A DNA stretch of 64,000 nt, from positions 19,732 through 83,731 of the forward strand of contig DJYI01000139.1 of the NCBI GenBank assembly GCA_002448475.1, written 5' to 3'. The notes under the pieces were generated by a model. The model was not told the origin of the DNA, made no database searches, and worked only from the letters and a program-made list of their open reading frames with translations. This document shows positions 17,670-26,458 of this stretch, piece after piece. This DNA comes from Verrucomicrobia bacterium UBA6982 (lineage in GTDB: Bacteria; Verrucomicrobiota; Kiritimatiellia; RFP12; UBA3636). How positions within the stretch are numbered: position 1 is the first letter of the stretch; each line of letters begins with the position of its first letter. Both the position numbers and the translations under genes were made by a program.

Positions 17670-19277
17670 GTGACCGCAGACTTTCGCCATCTTCTCTCCG
17701 ATTTCCTCCCGCGCATTCTCTCGCAGTGCTGCCGGGATGCGAACAGCCCCGCCTTCGGATGCTTCGACCGAAACTTCTGGCACTACCGAATGCGGGATTT
17801 CGCCTCGATCATCCTCCAACAGGGCGGCTACACGGTCCTGCAGGCCCAACGGGCGCTTCCGGGCGGCCCGCTCACGGAGTCGTTCGCCCGTTCGATCGCC
17901 GCCGGAGCCTGCCGATTCTGGAACCGCCGCGCCGCTCGCCACGGCGCCTTTGAGGAATACTATCCCTGGGAACAGGGCTATCCTCCACTCGCCTTCTCTT
18001 CCCTCGCCGTCGCCAAGATGGTCGCCGCCGGCGTCTGCGCCGCCGGGGACGTCGACCGCGGTCTCCGAAAGGCCGCGCGCCAACTTGCCGCCCGTTTCGA
18101 GCCAAAGGCCGCGAATCAGCAGGTCGCCGGCCTCGCCGCGCTCGCGTGGATTCGAAAAATCCGCCCCGACCTCGTTTCCGACCGCGCCTTCGCCCGCCAG
18201 AAAAAGCGCACGCTCACCCTGCAGACGGACGAAGGATGGTTCTGGGAATACGACGGTCCCGACGCCGGCTACCTTTCCGTCACGATCGACTGCCTCTGGG
18301 ACCTTTTCGACGCCACCGGCGACGCGGATTTCCGCACCTCTGCCGACCGCGCTCTCGCATTCCTCCATCGGGTAATCGCCGTGCCCGGTCGTGCCCCCGG
18401 TATGCTCAACGCCCGCAACACCGACTATGTCGTTCCCTACGGCATTGCCCGCTACCTTAATAACGGAACCGACATCCAGCGTCGCCTCGCCGGGCAGCTC
18501 CTCGCCGCGCTCTACGCCGATCTCCCGTCGCCAGCCCATTTCTTCCGCGCCGTCGACGACCGCTATCTCTGCCACTACATCGGCCACTCCATCGCCAGAG
18601 CCATCCTGGAGCTGGAAAAAGCCGAACGCTCCGCCCCTGATTCGGCCGCGCCCGAAGCGCCAGCCCGCGAAGCCTTCGACCTCCCCCTCGCCGGCTACGT
18701 CTTCCGACCGGGCTTTGACGGCGCCCCCGACCTCTTCCTCGCGCTCAAGAAGGGCGGCTGCCTCCGCGCCTCCCTCGGCGACGCCTCCGCGCTCGACTTC
18801 GGCTGGATTGTCAAGACCGGCAGGAAACAGTTCGTCACGCACTGGTGGAGCCGCGACTGGACCCTCTCCTCCGACGGCGCCTCGTGGACCATTCGCGGCC
18901 CGCTCGCCCCGCACAAGGAGCTCGACTCGACGCCCTTCAAGCACTTCGGCCTCCGCATCGTCTCGTTCCTCTTCGGCAAATCCGTCATCGGACTCCTCAA
19001 AAACGTCCTCATCTTCAAGAAGACGAAGAGCCCCTACGCCTTTGAACGCACCGTTTTCCTCGACGGAGGTGCCGTCCGGATCGAGGACCGCATCGACGGC
19101 CTGACCGGTTCCGAAACCGTCCTTCCCGCGCCCCGCGCCTCCAAGCGCCATGTCGCCTCCGCCGACAGTTTCCACGCCGAGGACGTCGCCCTCTCCCACA
19201 GTTTCGCCGCAAAGAGGGAAACCCGCATGGAGAACGGATCTTTCACCGTATCCACCGCTCTTTCTCGCAATCTTTGA
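17670..19277 (+). CDS. Hypothetical soluble protein (535 aa) in the polysaccharide locus
   Basis: A long ORF with coding-like composition, co-directional with the FrhB-like gene. I recognise no motif. It has a GTG start. Confidence 0.45.
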   Translation: MTADFRHLLSDFLPRILSQCCRDANSPAFGCFDRNFWHYRMRDFASIILQQGGYTVLQAQRALPGGPLTESFARSIAAGACRFWNRRAARHGAFEEYYPWEQGYPPLAFSSLAVAKMVAAGVCAAGDVDRGLRKAARQLAARFEPKAANQQVAGLAALAWIRKIRPDLVSDRAFARQKKRTLTLQTDEGWFWEYDGPDAGYLSVTIDCLWDLFDATGDADFRTSADRALAFLHRVIAVPGRAPGMLNARNTDYVVPYGIARYLNNGTDIQRRLAGQLLAALYADLPSPAHFFRAVDDRYLCHYIGHSIARAILELEKAERSAPDSAAPEAPAREAFDLPLAGYVFRPGFDGAPDLFLALKKGGCLRASLGDASALDFGWIVKTGRKQFVTHWWSRDWTLSSDGASWTIRGPLAPHKELDSTPFKHFGLRIVSFLFGKSVIGLLKNVLIFKKTKSPYAFERTVFLDGGAVRIEDRIDGLTGSETVLPAPRASKRHVASADSFHAEDVALSHSFAAKRETRMENGSFTVSTALSRNL

Positions 19278-19312
19278 TTTTATGTCCGCTCCCGTCTTCT
19301 TCCGCACACGAG

Positions 19313-20449
19313 ATGACTACCATGAGTTTGGCAAGTGACATTTCAATCAATAATGGACAGCCAATGGGAGGCCCTTCCCAGCTGGATGCCACGAGTCGGG
19401 ATGTCAACACACACATTTTTGGAATTGATATACTACGAATCGTAGCCATGCTAATGGTCATTTCCCTGCACATTCTTGAACATGGTAGAGCCTTTGACAG
19501 TCTAGGATCAAGCAATTGGGTCAACAAGCTTGCGCGATGTTTTCGCGCCGAACACTTGTGTGCCGTAGACTTGTTTATGGCGACTACCGGATGGCTCCTA
19601 GTAAAGAAACCGTTTCGTCTCAAAAGATTGTCCGAACTAGCAATTCAAGTTTTCTCCATTTCACTAATCATCCGGATTGTTGCTCTTGTTTTTTTTGAAC
19701 AAAGGGTTTCGTGGTTGTCATTTTTCGCGGATTCCTGGTATTGGAATTGTTACATAACCATTATCCTGCTCTCCCCTATTATCAATATCGGATTGCAAGG
19801 ACTCCATTCCGCATGGAAGAAACAATCCGGATGGATTCTTCTCGCATGTCTTGCCGCATCAATCTATCTCTTACCATTCAAAGTGGAAAAATCATCCCCA
19901 GGATACAGTGTTGTTTGGATGCTGGTATGCTATCTGTTTGGCGCTTGGAGTCGACTGTCTATTGGGATTATTCGGAATTCTGCTACTCGTTGGACCATTG
20001 AAGCCATCGCCTTGTTGCTCCCCATTCTTGCCGTAGGAATTTCATATGGGCTCCTACTGATTGGAGTGAAGGCGTTTTCCCTCGCCGAGCACTATCATTC
20101 CCCACTGATTTTAGGATGTGCCCTTTGTCATTTGCTTTTTTTCACAAGCATTCCAATCACTCGGCTTCCGAAGTTACTCCGTTTGGCAGCAGACGTCTCA
20201 TTTGGTGTCTACCTGATACATGAGAACCCTATTGCTCGAGTCTGGTACCTGAACGATCGGTTCAGTTGCCTTGAAACAAGCTCGTTCTTGGATTTCGTTG
20301 TTTGTATCTGGACTGCTGCGATAATCATCTATCTGTGCTGTGCTGTTTTGGAATTAATTCGGTTTCTCCTTTTCAAACTGTTAGGGCGGACATTATCTGC
20401 GCTCAAGCAATCCTTCCAACCAACAAATCGCTGCTTGCAAACCAACTGA
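19313..20449 (+). CDS. Acyltransferase family 3 membrane O-acyltransferase (paralog 1 of 5)
   Basis: GIDILRIVAMLMVISLHI (the AT3 N-terminal signature) and a multi-TM, Phe/Leu-rich body. It sits in a low-GC segment. The start is the ATG at 19313. Confidence 0.7.
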   Translation: MTTMSLASDISINNGQPMGGPSQLDATSRDVNTHIFGIDILRIVAMLMVISLHILEHGRAFDSLGSSNWVNKLARCFRAEHLCAVDLFMATTGWLLVKKPFRLKRLSELAIQVFSISLIIRIVALVFFEQRVSWLSFFADSWYWNCYITIILLSPIINIGLQGLHSAWKKQSGWILLACLAASIYLLPFKVEKSSPGYSVVWMLVCYLFGAWSRLSIGIIRNSATRWTIEAIALLLPILAVGISYGLLLIGVKAFSLAEHYHSPLILGCALCHLLFFTSIPITRLPKLLRLAADVSFGVYLIHENPIARVWYLNDRFSCLETSSFLDFVVCIWTAAIIIYLCCAVLELIRFLLFKLLGRTLSALKQSFQPTNRCLQTN

Positions 20450-20490
20450 AGTCTGAGAATGTTCACCTCGGACCACATCTAGAAGAAGTT

Positions 20491-20934
20491 ATGCAGACCC
20501 ATGTCATAATGCGCCTTCCCGCCCTCCTCCGCAAACTCTTTCTCTTCCTCGCCGTGGGACTCCCGGCGTTTCTCGTCGCATTCCCGCTCAACTTTCTCCT
20601 CGTCGACCGGTGCGGACTCCCGAAGGCGCTCGCCTACGCGTTCGTCCTCGTCGTCCAGGTCAACATCAACTTCCCGCTCTGCCGCTGGCTCGTCTTCGAC
20701 CCGGCTCCTGAAAAGTCCGTCTGGCAGCAATATGCCGAGTTCATGGGAGCCGTCGCCTTCTTCCGAGGACTCGACTGGCTCTTCTACACGTTCTGCGTCG
20801 AAGCATTCCGATTCCCCCTTGTCATCGCGGGCAAAGACTGCTATTATCTCGCCTACCAGCTTGCCAACGTCGTCATCTTCTCCCTCGCCAAGTTCGTCTT
20901 CTGCCGCCGCGCCATCGAAGGAAGCCGCCCATGA
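20491..20934 (+). CDS. GtrA-like small membrane protein (putative polyprenyl-phosphate-sugar flippase)
   Basis: About 147 aa with 4 TM segments; MRLPALLRKLFLFLAVGLPAFLVAFPLNFLLV... is the GtrA family pattern. Its 3' end forms an ATGA overlap with the next gene. Confidence 0.65.
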   Translation: MQTHVIMRLPALLRKLFLFLAVGLPAFLVAFPLNFLLVDRCGLPKALAYAFVLVVQVNINFPLCRWLVFDPAPEKSVWQQYAEFMGAVAFFRGLDWLFYTFCVEAFRFPLVIAGKDCYYLAYQLANVVIFSLAKFVFCRRAIEGSRP

Positions 20935-21869
20935 AGCTCTTCATCCAGATCCCCTGCCTCAACGAAGAGGCCACGCTTCCGCAGACGCTCGCCGACCTGC
21001 CGAAGCAGATCGACGGCATCGACGAGATCGAGGTGATGGTCGTCGATGACGGCTCGACCGACCGCACTGTCGAGGTCGCACGCGAATGCGGCATAAAGCA
21101 TATCGTATCCCATGGCAGCAACCGCGGCCTCGCCGCCGCGTTCTCCTCCGGCCGAGACTACGCTCTCGCCCACGGGGCAGACATCCTCGTCAACACCGAC
21201 GCCGACAACCAGTACTGCGGCGCCGACATCGCCAAACTCGTCGTCCCGGTCCTTGAAAACAAGGCCGACATCGTCGTCGGATGCCGCCCCATCGTCGACA
21301 ATCCGGAATTCTCCCGCGTCAAGAAGCTCCTTCAGCTCTGCGGCAGCTGGGCGCTTCGCCGCATCTCCAAGACGACCGTCCGCGATGCCCCCTCCGGCTT
21401 CCGCGCCTTCTCCCGGAACGCCCTCTCCCGCATCTTCCTGCACTCCCGGTTCTCCTACTGCATGGAGACGCTCATCCAGGCGGGTACGACCGGCATGCGC
21501 GTTTCCTCGGTCGACATCCGCGTGAATCCCAAGACGCGCGACTCGCGCCTCTTCAAGTCCATTCCCCAGTATCTGCGCAAGACCGGCGGCACGATGCTCT
21601 CGATGTTCGTCCTCTACCGGCCCGGCGCGTTCTTTTCGCTGCTCTCCGCACCGTTCTTCCTCCTCGCCGCAATCCTGGGCTTCCGCTTCCTCCTCCTCGT
21701 CTACGCATTTCCCGCCCCCGCCCGCACCCATCTGCCATCACTCATTCTCCTCGCCATCTCCGCCTTCGCCGGTCTGCTCTGCCTCCTTCTCGCCGTCCTC
21801 GGCTCCCTCCTCGGCGCCAACCGCCGCCTCGCCGAGGAACAGATATACCTTCTCCGGAAAAAGCCATGA
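20931..21869 (+). CDS. Family 2 glycosyltransferase, GtrB-like polyprenyl-phosphate glycosyltransferase
   Basis: The GT-A N-domain reads ...EVMVVDDGSTDRT...VNTDADNQY... (DxD), and there is a C-terminal 2-TM tail, as in GtrB/DPM synthases. Confidence 0.75.
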   Translation: MKLFIQIPCLNEEATLPQTLADLPKQIDGIDEIEVMVVDDGSTDRTVEVARECGIKHIVSHGSNRGLAAAFSSGRDYALAHGADILVNTDADNQYCGADIAKLVVPVLENKADIVVGCRPIVDNPEFSRVKKLLQLCGSWALRRISKTTVRDAPSGFRAFSRNALSRIFLHSRFSYCMETLIQAGTTGMRVSSVDIRVNPKTRDSRLFKSIPQYLRKTGGTMLSMFVLYRPGAFFSLLSAPFFLLAAILGFRFLLLVYAFPAPARTHLPSLILLAISAFAGLLCLLLAVLGSLLGANRRLAEEQIYLLRKKP

Positions 21870-23437
21870 GACTCCGTTTCAACACCGCAGGCCCCTGCAT
21901 CCCCGGACGGCACTACATGCTTCCGGCGCTGGATCGACTTCCCGAGGTCCGCCGCCTCGTCGAGGACGAGGACTACTTCGTCGTCCACGCCCCGCGCCAG
22001 ACCGGCAAGACCACGGCGCTCAACGCCCTCGTCGATGAAATCAACGCCGCGGGCGACAAGGTTGCGCTCTACTGCTCCCTGGAAACGCTCCAGAATGCGG
22101 CCGACCCCGCCCACAGCGCCGAGGCCATCTGCGGGCTGCTTCTCTTCAACGCCCGCCAGACGCTTCCCGACCTGTTTCCCCAGCCCCCGAAGGATGACCG
22201 TGTCCGGGAATCGGGCGGTCTGTATGCGGCGGAGACCATTGCCGTCCGCGAGACGCTTTCCTCCATGGCCCGACAAGCCGCGAAGCCGCTCGTCGTGTTC
22301 TTCGACGAGGCGGACTGCCTCGCCGGGCAGGTGCTCGTCTCCTTCCTTCGCCAGCTTCGCGACGGATATGTCAACCGGACCCGCATTCCCTTTCCCGCAT
22401 CCATCGCGCTTGTCGGCATGCTCGACGTGCGGGACTACAAGGCCCAGATTCGCCCCGACGGCGAGTCGCTCGGACAGATCAGCCCGTTCAACATCATCGC
22501 GGAAGACATCCTGCTTCGCTCCTTCACCGACGCGGAAGTCCGGGCCCTCTACGCGCAGCACACCGAGGCGACGGGCCAGACCTTTGCGCCCGACGCCGTC
22601 GACAAGGCGATGGACCTGACGCGCGGCCAGCCCTGGCTCGTCAACGCCCTCGCCCGGGAATGCGTGGAAAAGATCCACCGGCTCGACTACTCCGCCCCGA
22701 TCACGGCCGAGGATGTCGAAACGGCGAAGGAGTCCATCATCCGCCGCCGCGACACGCACGTGGACAGCCTCATGGAGCGCCTTCGCGAACCACGGGTGCG
22801 GCGCATCGTCGAACCGGTCATCCTTGGGGAAGACCGCGTCGCGTCCGTGAACGACGAAGACTACCGCTTCGTCCTCGACCTGGGGCTGCTGCGCGAAGAT
22901 CGGGGTGCGCTCGTGCCTGCGAACCGGATGTACGCGGAAATCATCGGACGCTATCTCACCCGCGACGTGCAGACGGACATGTTGCAGTCCGTTCCGCAGA
23001 CACCCTGGGCCACGCCGGACGGACTGGACATGCCCGGCCTCATGGCGGCATTCCAGGCGTTCTGGCGCGAAAACAGCGGTGCCGACAAGAGGGTCTGCGA
23101 TTACCGGGAGGCGACCCCTCATCTGATGCTCATGGCGTTCCTGCAGCGCGTTTTGAACGGCGGAGGGCGCATCGTGCGCGAGATGGCCCTCGGTTCGCGC
23201 CGGCTCGACCTCTGCGTCGAATACCGAGGCCGCCGCTACGCCGTCGAGGTCAAGACCTCGAAGAACTTCGCGGGGGAGAAATCGTATGCCCAGCTCGCCG
23301 GCTACCTCGACACCCTCGGCCTCCCGGAGGGCTGGATGGCCGTGTTCGACACCGGTTCCGACAAGCCGTGGAACGAAAAGCTGTACCGCCGCGATGTCCC
23401 CTTCGCGGGAAAGACAATTCATATCGTGGGGCTATAA
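21866..23437 (+). CDS. AAA-like-domain ATPase (PF14516-like N-terminus) with a C-terminal PD-(D/E)XK-like region
   Basis: FNTAGPCIPGRHYMLP...DYFVVHAPRQTGKTTAL fits the AAA_35-like N-terminus and Walker A. The C-terminus ...RRLDLCVEYRGRRYAVEVKTSKN... looks like a restriction-endonuclease-like fold. The ATG at 21866 overlaps the GT2 stop as ATGA. The ORF's upstream 195 codons overlap the GT2 gene and are not expected to be translated. Confidence 0.6.
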   Translation: MRLRFNTAGPCIPGRHYMLPALDRLPEVRRLVEDEDYFVVHAPRQTGKTTALNALVDEINAAGDKVALYCSLETLQNAADPAHSAEAICGLLLFNARQTLPDLFPQPPKDDRVRESGGLYAAETIAVRETLSSMARQAAKPLVVFFDEADCLAGQVLVSFLRQLRDGYVNRTRIPFPASIALVGMLDVRDYKAQIRPDGESLGQISPFNIIAEDILLRSFTDAEVRALYAQHTEATGQTFAPDAVDKAMDLTRGQPWLVNALARECVEKIHRLDYSAPITAEDVETAKESIIRRRDTHVDSLMERLREPRVRRIVEPVILGEDRVASVNDEDYRFVLDLGLLREDRGALVPANRMYAEIIGRYLTRDVQTDMLQSVPQTPWATPDGLDMPGLMAAFQAFWRENSGADKRVCDYREATPHLMLMAFLQRVLNGGGRIVREMALGSRRLDLCVEYRGRRYAVEVKTSKNFAGEKSYAQLAGYLDTLGLPEGWMAVFDTGSDKPWNEKLYRRDVPFAGKTIHIVGL

Positions 23438-23462
23438 GCCAAACACGAAATTGATCACAACC

Positions 23463-24587
23463 GTGAACGCTCCTTCGCACTCTGCCGTCGCTTTTCATCG
23501 GAATTCGAGTCTCGAACTCCTCCGAATCCTCTGCATCCTGCTGATCCTCGCCAATCACTATTCGGTTCTCGGCGGCATTCCGGCACGGGGTTGGCGGGAA
23601 CTGACATGGGGATACTTCTTCGTCCAGTCCATTGGCATGTTCGGTCGAACCGCTTGTTCCGTTTTCGTCCTAATCTCGGGATACTACCTTTCGACGGGAG
23701 TCAAACCTGGCCATTGGAAGAAAGTCATCCCGCTTGCTGCGGAAGCCGTTTTCTATTCTTCCGTCGCCTTCTTCGTTCTATGCGCGCTTGGGTTTCGGAT
23801 GTTCTCGCCGAAAGGGCTCATCCTTGCGTTTGTTCCGTTTTTCGGGCGCAACATCTGGTTTGTGACGAACTATCTCGTCTTCTGGCTCGCCATCCCGTTT
23901 TTGAACCCGATGGTCGCCTCATTGACAAAACGCCAGCACGAAGGGATTCTCGCGTTCTTCGGGGTGTTCTGGTGCATTCTGCCGACGTTCTCGAGCAAAG
24001 CGCTTTCCTTCGGGTGGACCTTCGGAGAACTGGATTTCTTTCTCGTCATGTATCTCGTCGGCGCCTACCTGCGCCGGTTCTCCCCCCATGAACGCTACCG
24101 GAACCGCTGGAACGGCTTTGCCGCGCTCCTGTTCTTCGTCCTCATGATCCTGTCCGTGGCTGGAATGGACTTGCTCGGACTATGGCTTAGGAAGGATGCA
24201 CTCGTCTCCCATGCCGTCCATTTCCTTTCGTTCTATTCCGTCCTTTCCGTCCCTCTCGCCGTGTTCTCGTTCTGTTTTTTCTCCCGGCTCTCGTTTTTGA
24301 ACCACACCGTTGACCGGATCGCGAAATCGGTTCTCGGCATCTACCTTCTCCACATGCAGCTCACACATCTCGATGGCAGAAGATATCCCCGAATGCCCTT
24401 CATGTCGACGACCCGTATCTCCACGCCTTCGCCAAAATCTCCCTGCTGTTTTTCTTCTGTCTTGCCGTTGATTTGTGTCGCCATTATACCGTGGGACATT
24501 TGGGACGAATTCTCTTGCGCAAGTTTCGATTGGCCTGACTATTTCCCGCAACAACCGACATGGACAACTCCCACGACAACAGAATAG
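23463..24587 (+). CDS. Acyltransferase family 3 membrane O-acyltransferase (paralog 2)
   Basis: ...FHRNSSLELLRILCILLILANHYS... and a multi-TM body. There is no in-frame ATG after the upstream stop. Candidate starts are the GTG at 23463 or the TTG at 23451. Confidence 0.6.
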   Translation: MNAPSHSAVAFHRNSSLELLRILCILLILANHYSVLGGIPARGWRELTWGYFFVQSIGMFGRTACSVFVLISGYYLSTGVKPGHWKKVIPLAAEAVFYSSVAFFVLCALGFRMFSPKGLILAFVPFFGRNIWFVTNYLVFWLAIPFLNPMVASLTKRQHEGILAFFGVFWCILPTFSSKALSFGWTFGELDFFLVMYLVGAYLRRFSPHERYRNRWNGFAALLFFVLMILSVAGMDLLGLWLRKDALVSHAVHFLSFYSVLSVPLAVFSFCFFSRLSFLNHTVDRIAKSVLGIYLLHMQLTHLDGRRYPRMPFMSTTRISTPSPKSPCCFSSVLPLICVAIIPWDIWDEFSCASFDWPDYFPQQPTWTTPTTTE

Positions 24588-26440
24588 ACTTCTGGGCAGA
24601 AACCTGGATCGGAGCCGTAGTGCTGATCCTCCTCTCCTGTTCGTTCTTCAGCATCTTTTCCCATCTTCGCTTCGGCGCCTGGATCGGCGGCGGCGCCGCC
24701 ATTCTTTGGACCGCTCTCCGCATCCGCCGCGCTGGCCGTTCCGTCTTCTCCGTTCCCCGCTTCCACGGAATCGGCTGGGGCATTCCGGTTCTGTTCGCGC
24801 TTTGCCTCATTTCGCTCCTGGCCGGACCGCACTGCTTCCTCGACACCTACAGCTACCGCCTTCCGCAGATGTTCTTCTGGCTACAGGAGGGCCATCCATG
24901 GTCCGTGCCTGGGGTGGACATGCGCATCAACCAGATGCCCCACGTCTGGCCGATGCTCTCCGCCGCCTTCTACCTTCCCCTCGGCGAACGGGCCCTCGCG
25001 CTGCCCAACTTCATCGGACTGCTGTTTCTGTCCGCCCTGTTCCGCAAATGGGCCGCCCCAGCCGATGGCCCGAACCCGAAGTCCGACGCCATCGCCCTCG
25101 TCTTCCTCTCCGCGCCCATCTTCCTGATGGGAGCCTCGACGAACGACAATGTCGTCTGCTGCTGCGCCTTTCTCGCTCTTTCGTACCACTTTGCGGCCCG
25201 TCCCGAGACCTCTCTGAGGACCGTCGCCCTCTCCGCTCTCTCCTTTGCGCTCGCCTGCGGCATCAAGCCCCAGTATCTCGCCCTCGCCCCGGTCTGGGCC
25301 GCCTGGTTTTTCTTCGCCCCCTCCCGTCCGTGGCGGACGATCCGGCTCCGGCCGCTCCTCCTACTCGTCCCGCTGCTCGTCCTCTGCTCACCTGTCCCGA
25401 CCCTCGCCGTCAACCGGATCTGCTGGGGTAGTTTCACGCACCCCCGCGTGGAGGAGCGGAACGAGTCCGGGGAAAAGACGATCGCCGTCCCGTCGGAATC
25501 CGAAGCGGACGAGGCTGCGGCGACCGACGGCGAACGGGCAAAACCGTCTGGTGACCGCTTCCGCGGTGAACACGCCTTTTTCACGCTTGGCACGCAACTC
25601 TTCGCCCCCCCCTTCAACCCGCTCTTCGGGATCATGAACCGATGGGTCCAGTCCGGAGGCGATTTCGTCTCGCGGCAGTTCAAGAGAAACGGCATTCGGT
25701 TCCAGCCGCTCGTCATTCCCGAAGTGGCCTCGCTGGAACTGTTCGTTTCCTTCGCGCTCGTCCTCGGCTTGGCGCTCGCTCTCCGGCACCAGGAATTCCA
25801 TCCGGGATTTGTCCTCCCCGTCTTCGCCTTGACAGTTCTAGCTGTCATCTACACCAAAGGTGGCACCCTCGGCCGTTCCTTCTCCGGATTCTTTCTCCTC
25901 TTGTTCCCGGTAGCGATTCCTGCCCTCGCCCGGCTGCCGCGACGCCTCCTCTCCGCCTACTCCGGACTCTGCCTTCTCATTGGAGTCGCCGTCGTCGTCA
26001 CCGACCCGTCGCGTCCGTTGCTTCCTCTCCGTTTCCTTTCCACAAAACTCGCCAACCGCCCCGCGGTCGCCGCGAAACTCGCCGACTACTCCCACTTCTC
26101 CGAGCGACAATTCGCCACCCGTGCCCTTCTGGCCGACATCCCAGCGACCGTAAAAAAAATTGGCATCATCCTGGAGAAAAACTCCCCCTTCGCCGAAATC
26201 TGGCTTCAACGCCCCGGGGTTCACGTCGTTCCCTATGCAGCTCTTCCCGCCCCATCCCGACTCGTCCGTGACGACATCCGCTTTCTCTTCTTCAAGGCTT
26301 CTCATTCCTCGTCCCAGGGAGAACTGACGGACGCCCCCCTCTCCGCCAATTCAGGCATCAAGCTCTTTGCGACCCTCCCCTATGTCTCCTTCACGCACAA
26401 AGGGCCTGAACCATGGCATGTGCTGTATCGAGACCCATGA
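24560..26440 (+). CDS. Polytopic membrane protein (626 aa), candidate GT-C-type glycosyltransferase or polymer-modifying protein
   Basis: About 10-12 predicted TM segments at the N-terminus, with a loop ...LDTYSYRLPQMFFWLQEG... and a C-terminal soluble domain. The family was not recognised. Confidence 0.45.
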   Translation: MDNSHDNRIDFWAETWIGAVVLILLSCSFFSIFSHLRFGAWIGGGAAILWTALRIRRAGRSVFSVPRFHGIGWGIPVLFALCLISLLAGPHCFLDTYSYRLPQMFFWLQEGHPWSVPGVDMRINQMPHVWPMLSAAFYLPLGERALALPNFIGLLFLSALFRKWAAPADGPNPKSDAIALVFLSAPIFLMGASTNDNVVCCCAFLALSYHFAARPETSLRTVALSALSFALACGIKPQYLALAPVWAAWFFFAPSRPWRTIRLRPLLLLVPLLVLCSPVPTLAVNRICWGSFTHPRVEERNESGEKTIAVPSESEADEAAATDGERAKPSGDRFRGEHAFFTLGTQLFAPPFNPLFGIMNRWVQSGGDFVSRQFKRNGIRFQPLVIPEVASLELFVSFALVLGLALALRHQEFHPGFVLPVFALTVLAVIYTKGGTLGRSFSGFFLLLFPVAIPALARLPRRLLSAYSGLCLLIGVAVVVTDPSRPLLPLRFLSTKLANRPAVAAKLADYSHFSERQFATRALLADIPATVKKIGIILEKNSPFAEIWLQRPGVHVVPYAALPAPSRLVRDDIRFLFFKASHSSSQGELTDAPLSANSGIKLFATLPYVSFTHKGPEPWHVLYRDP

Positions 26441-26458
26441 AACCTGCCAAACGAAACA

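Noticed and set aside
19688-19695. A/T homopolymers of 8 nt in membrane-protein genes (19688-19695, 26152-26159, 27285-27292, 28099-28106, 47110-47117, 47395-47402) as additional phase-variation tracts
   Set aside because: Each encodes a Phe-Phe(-Phe) or Lys-Lys run (TTT or AAA codon repeats) in AT-richer, hydrophobic protein genes. Eight A/T is within the range expected from codon composition. Only the G11/C11 tract, with its neighbouring T8 in the same gene, is flagged.
21281-21865. The N-terminal 195 codons of the 718-aa ORF 21281..23437
   Set aside because: They overlap the GT2 gene out of frame and are low-complexity. The ATPase starts at the ATG at 21866, with an ATGA overlap on the GT2 stop.
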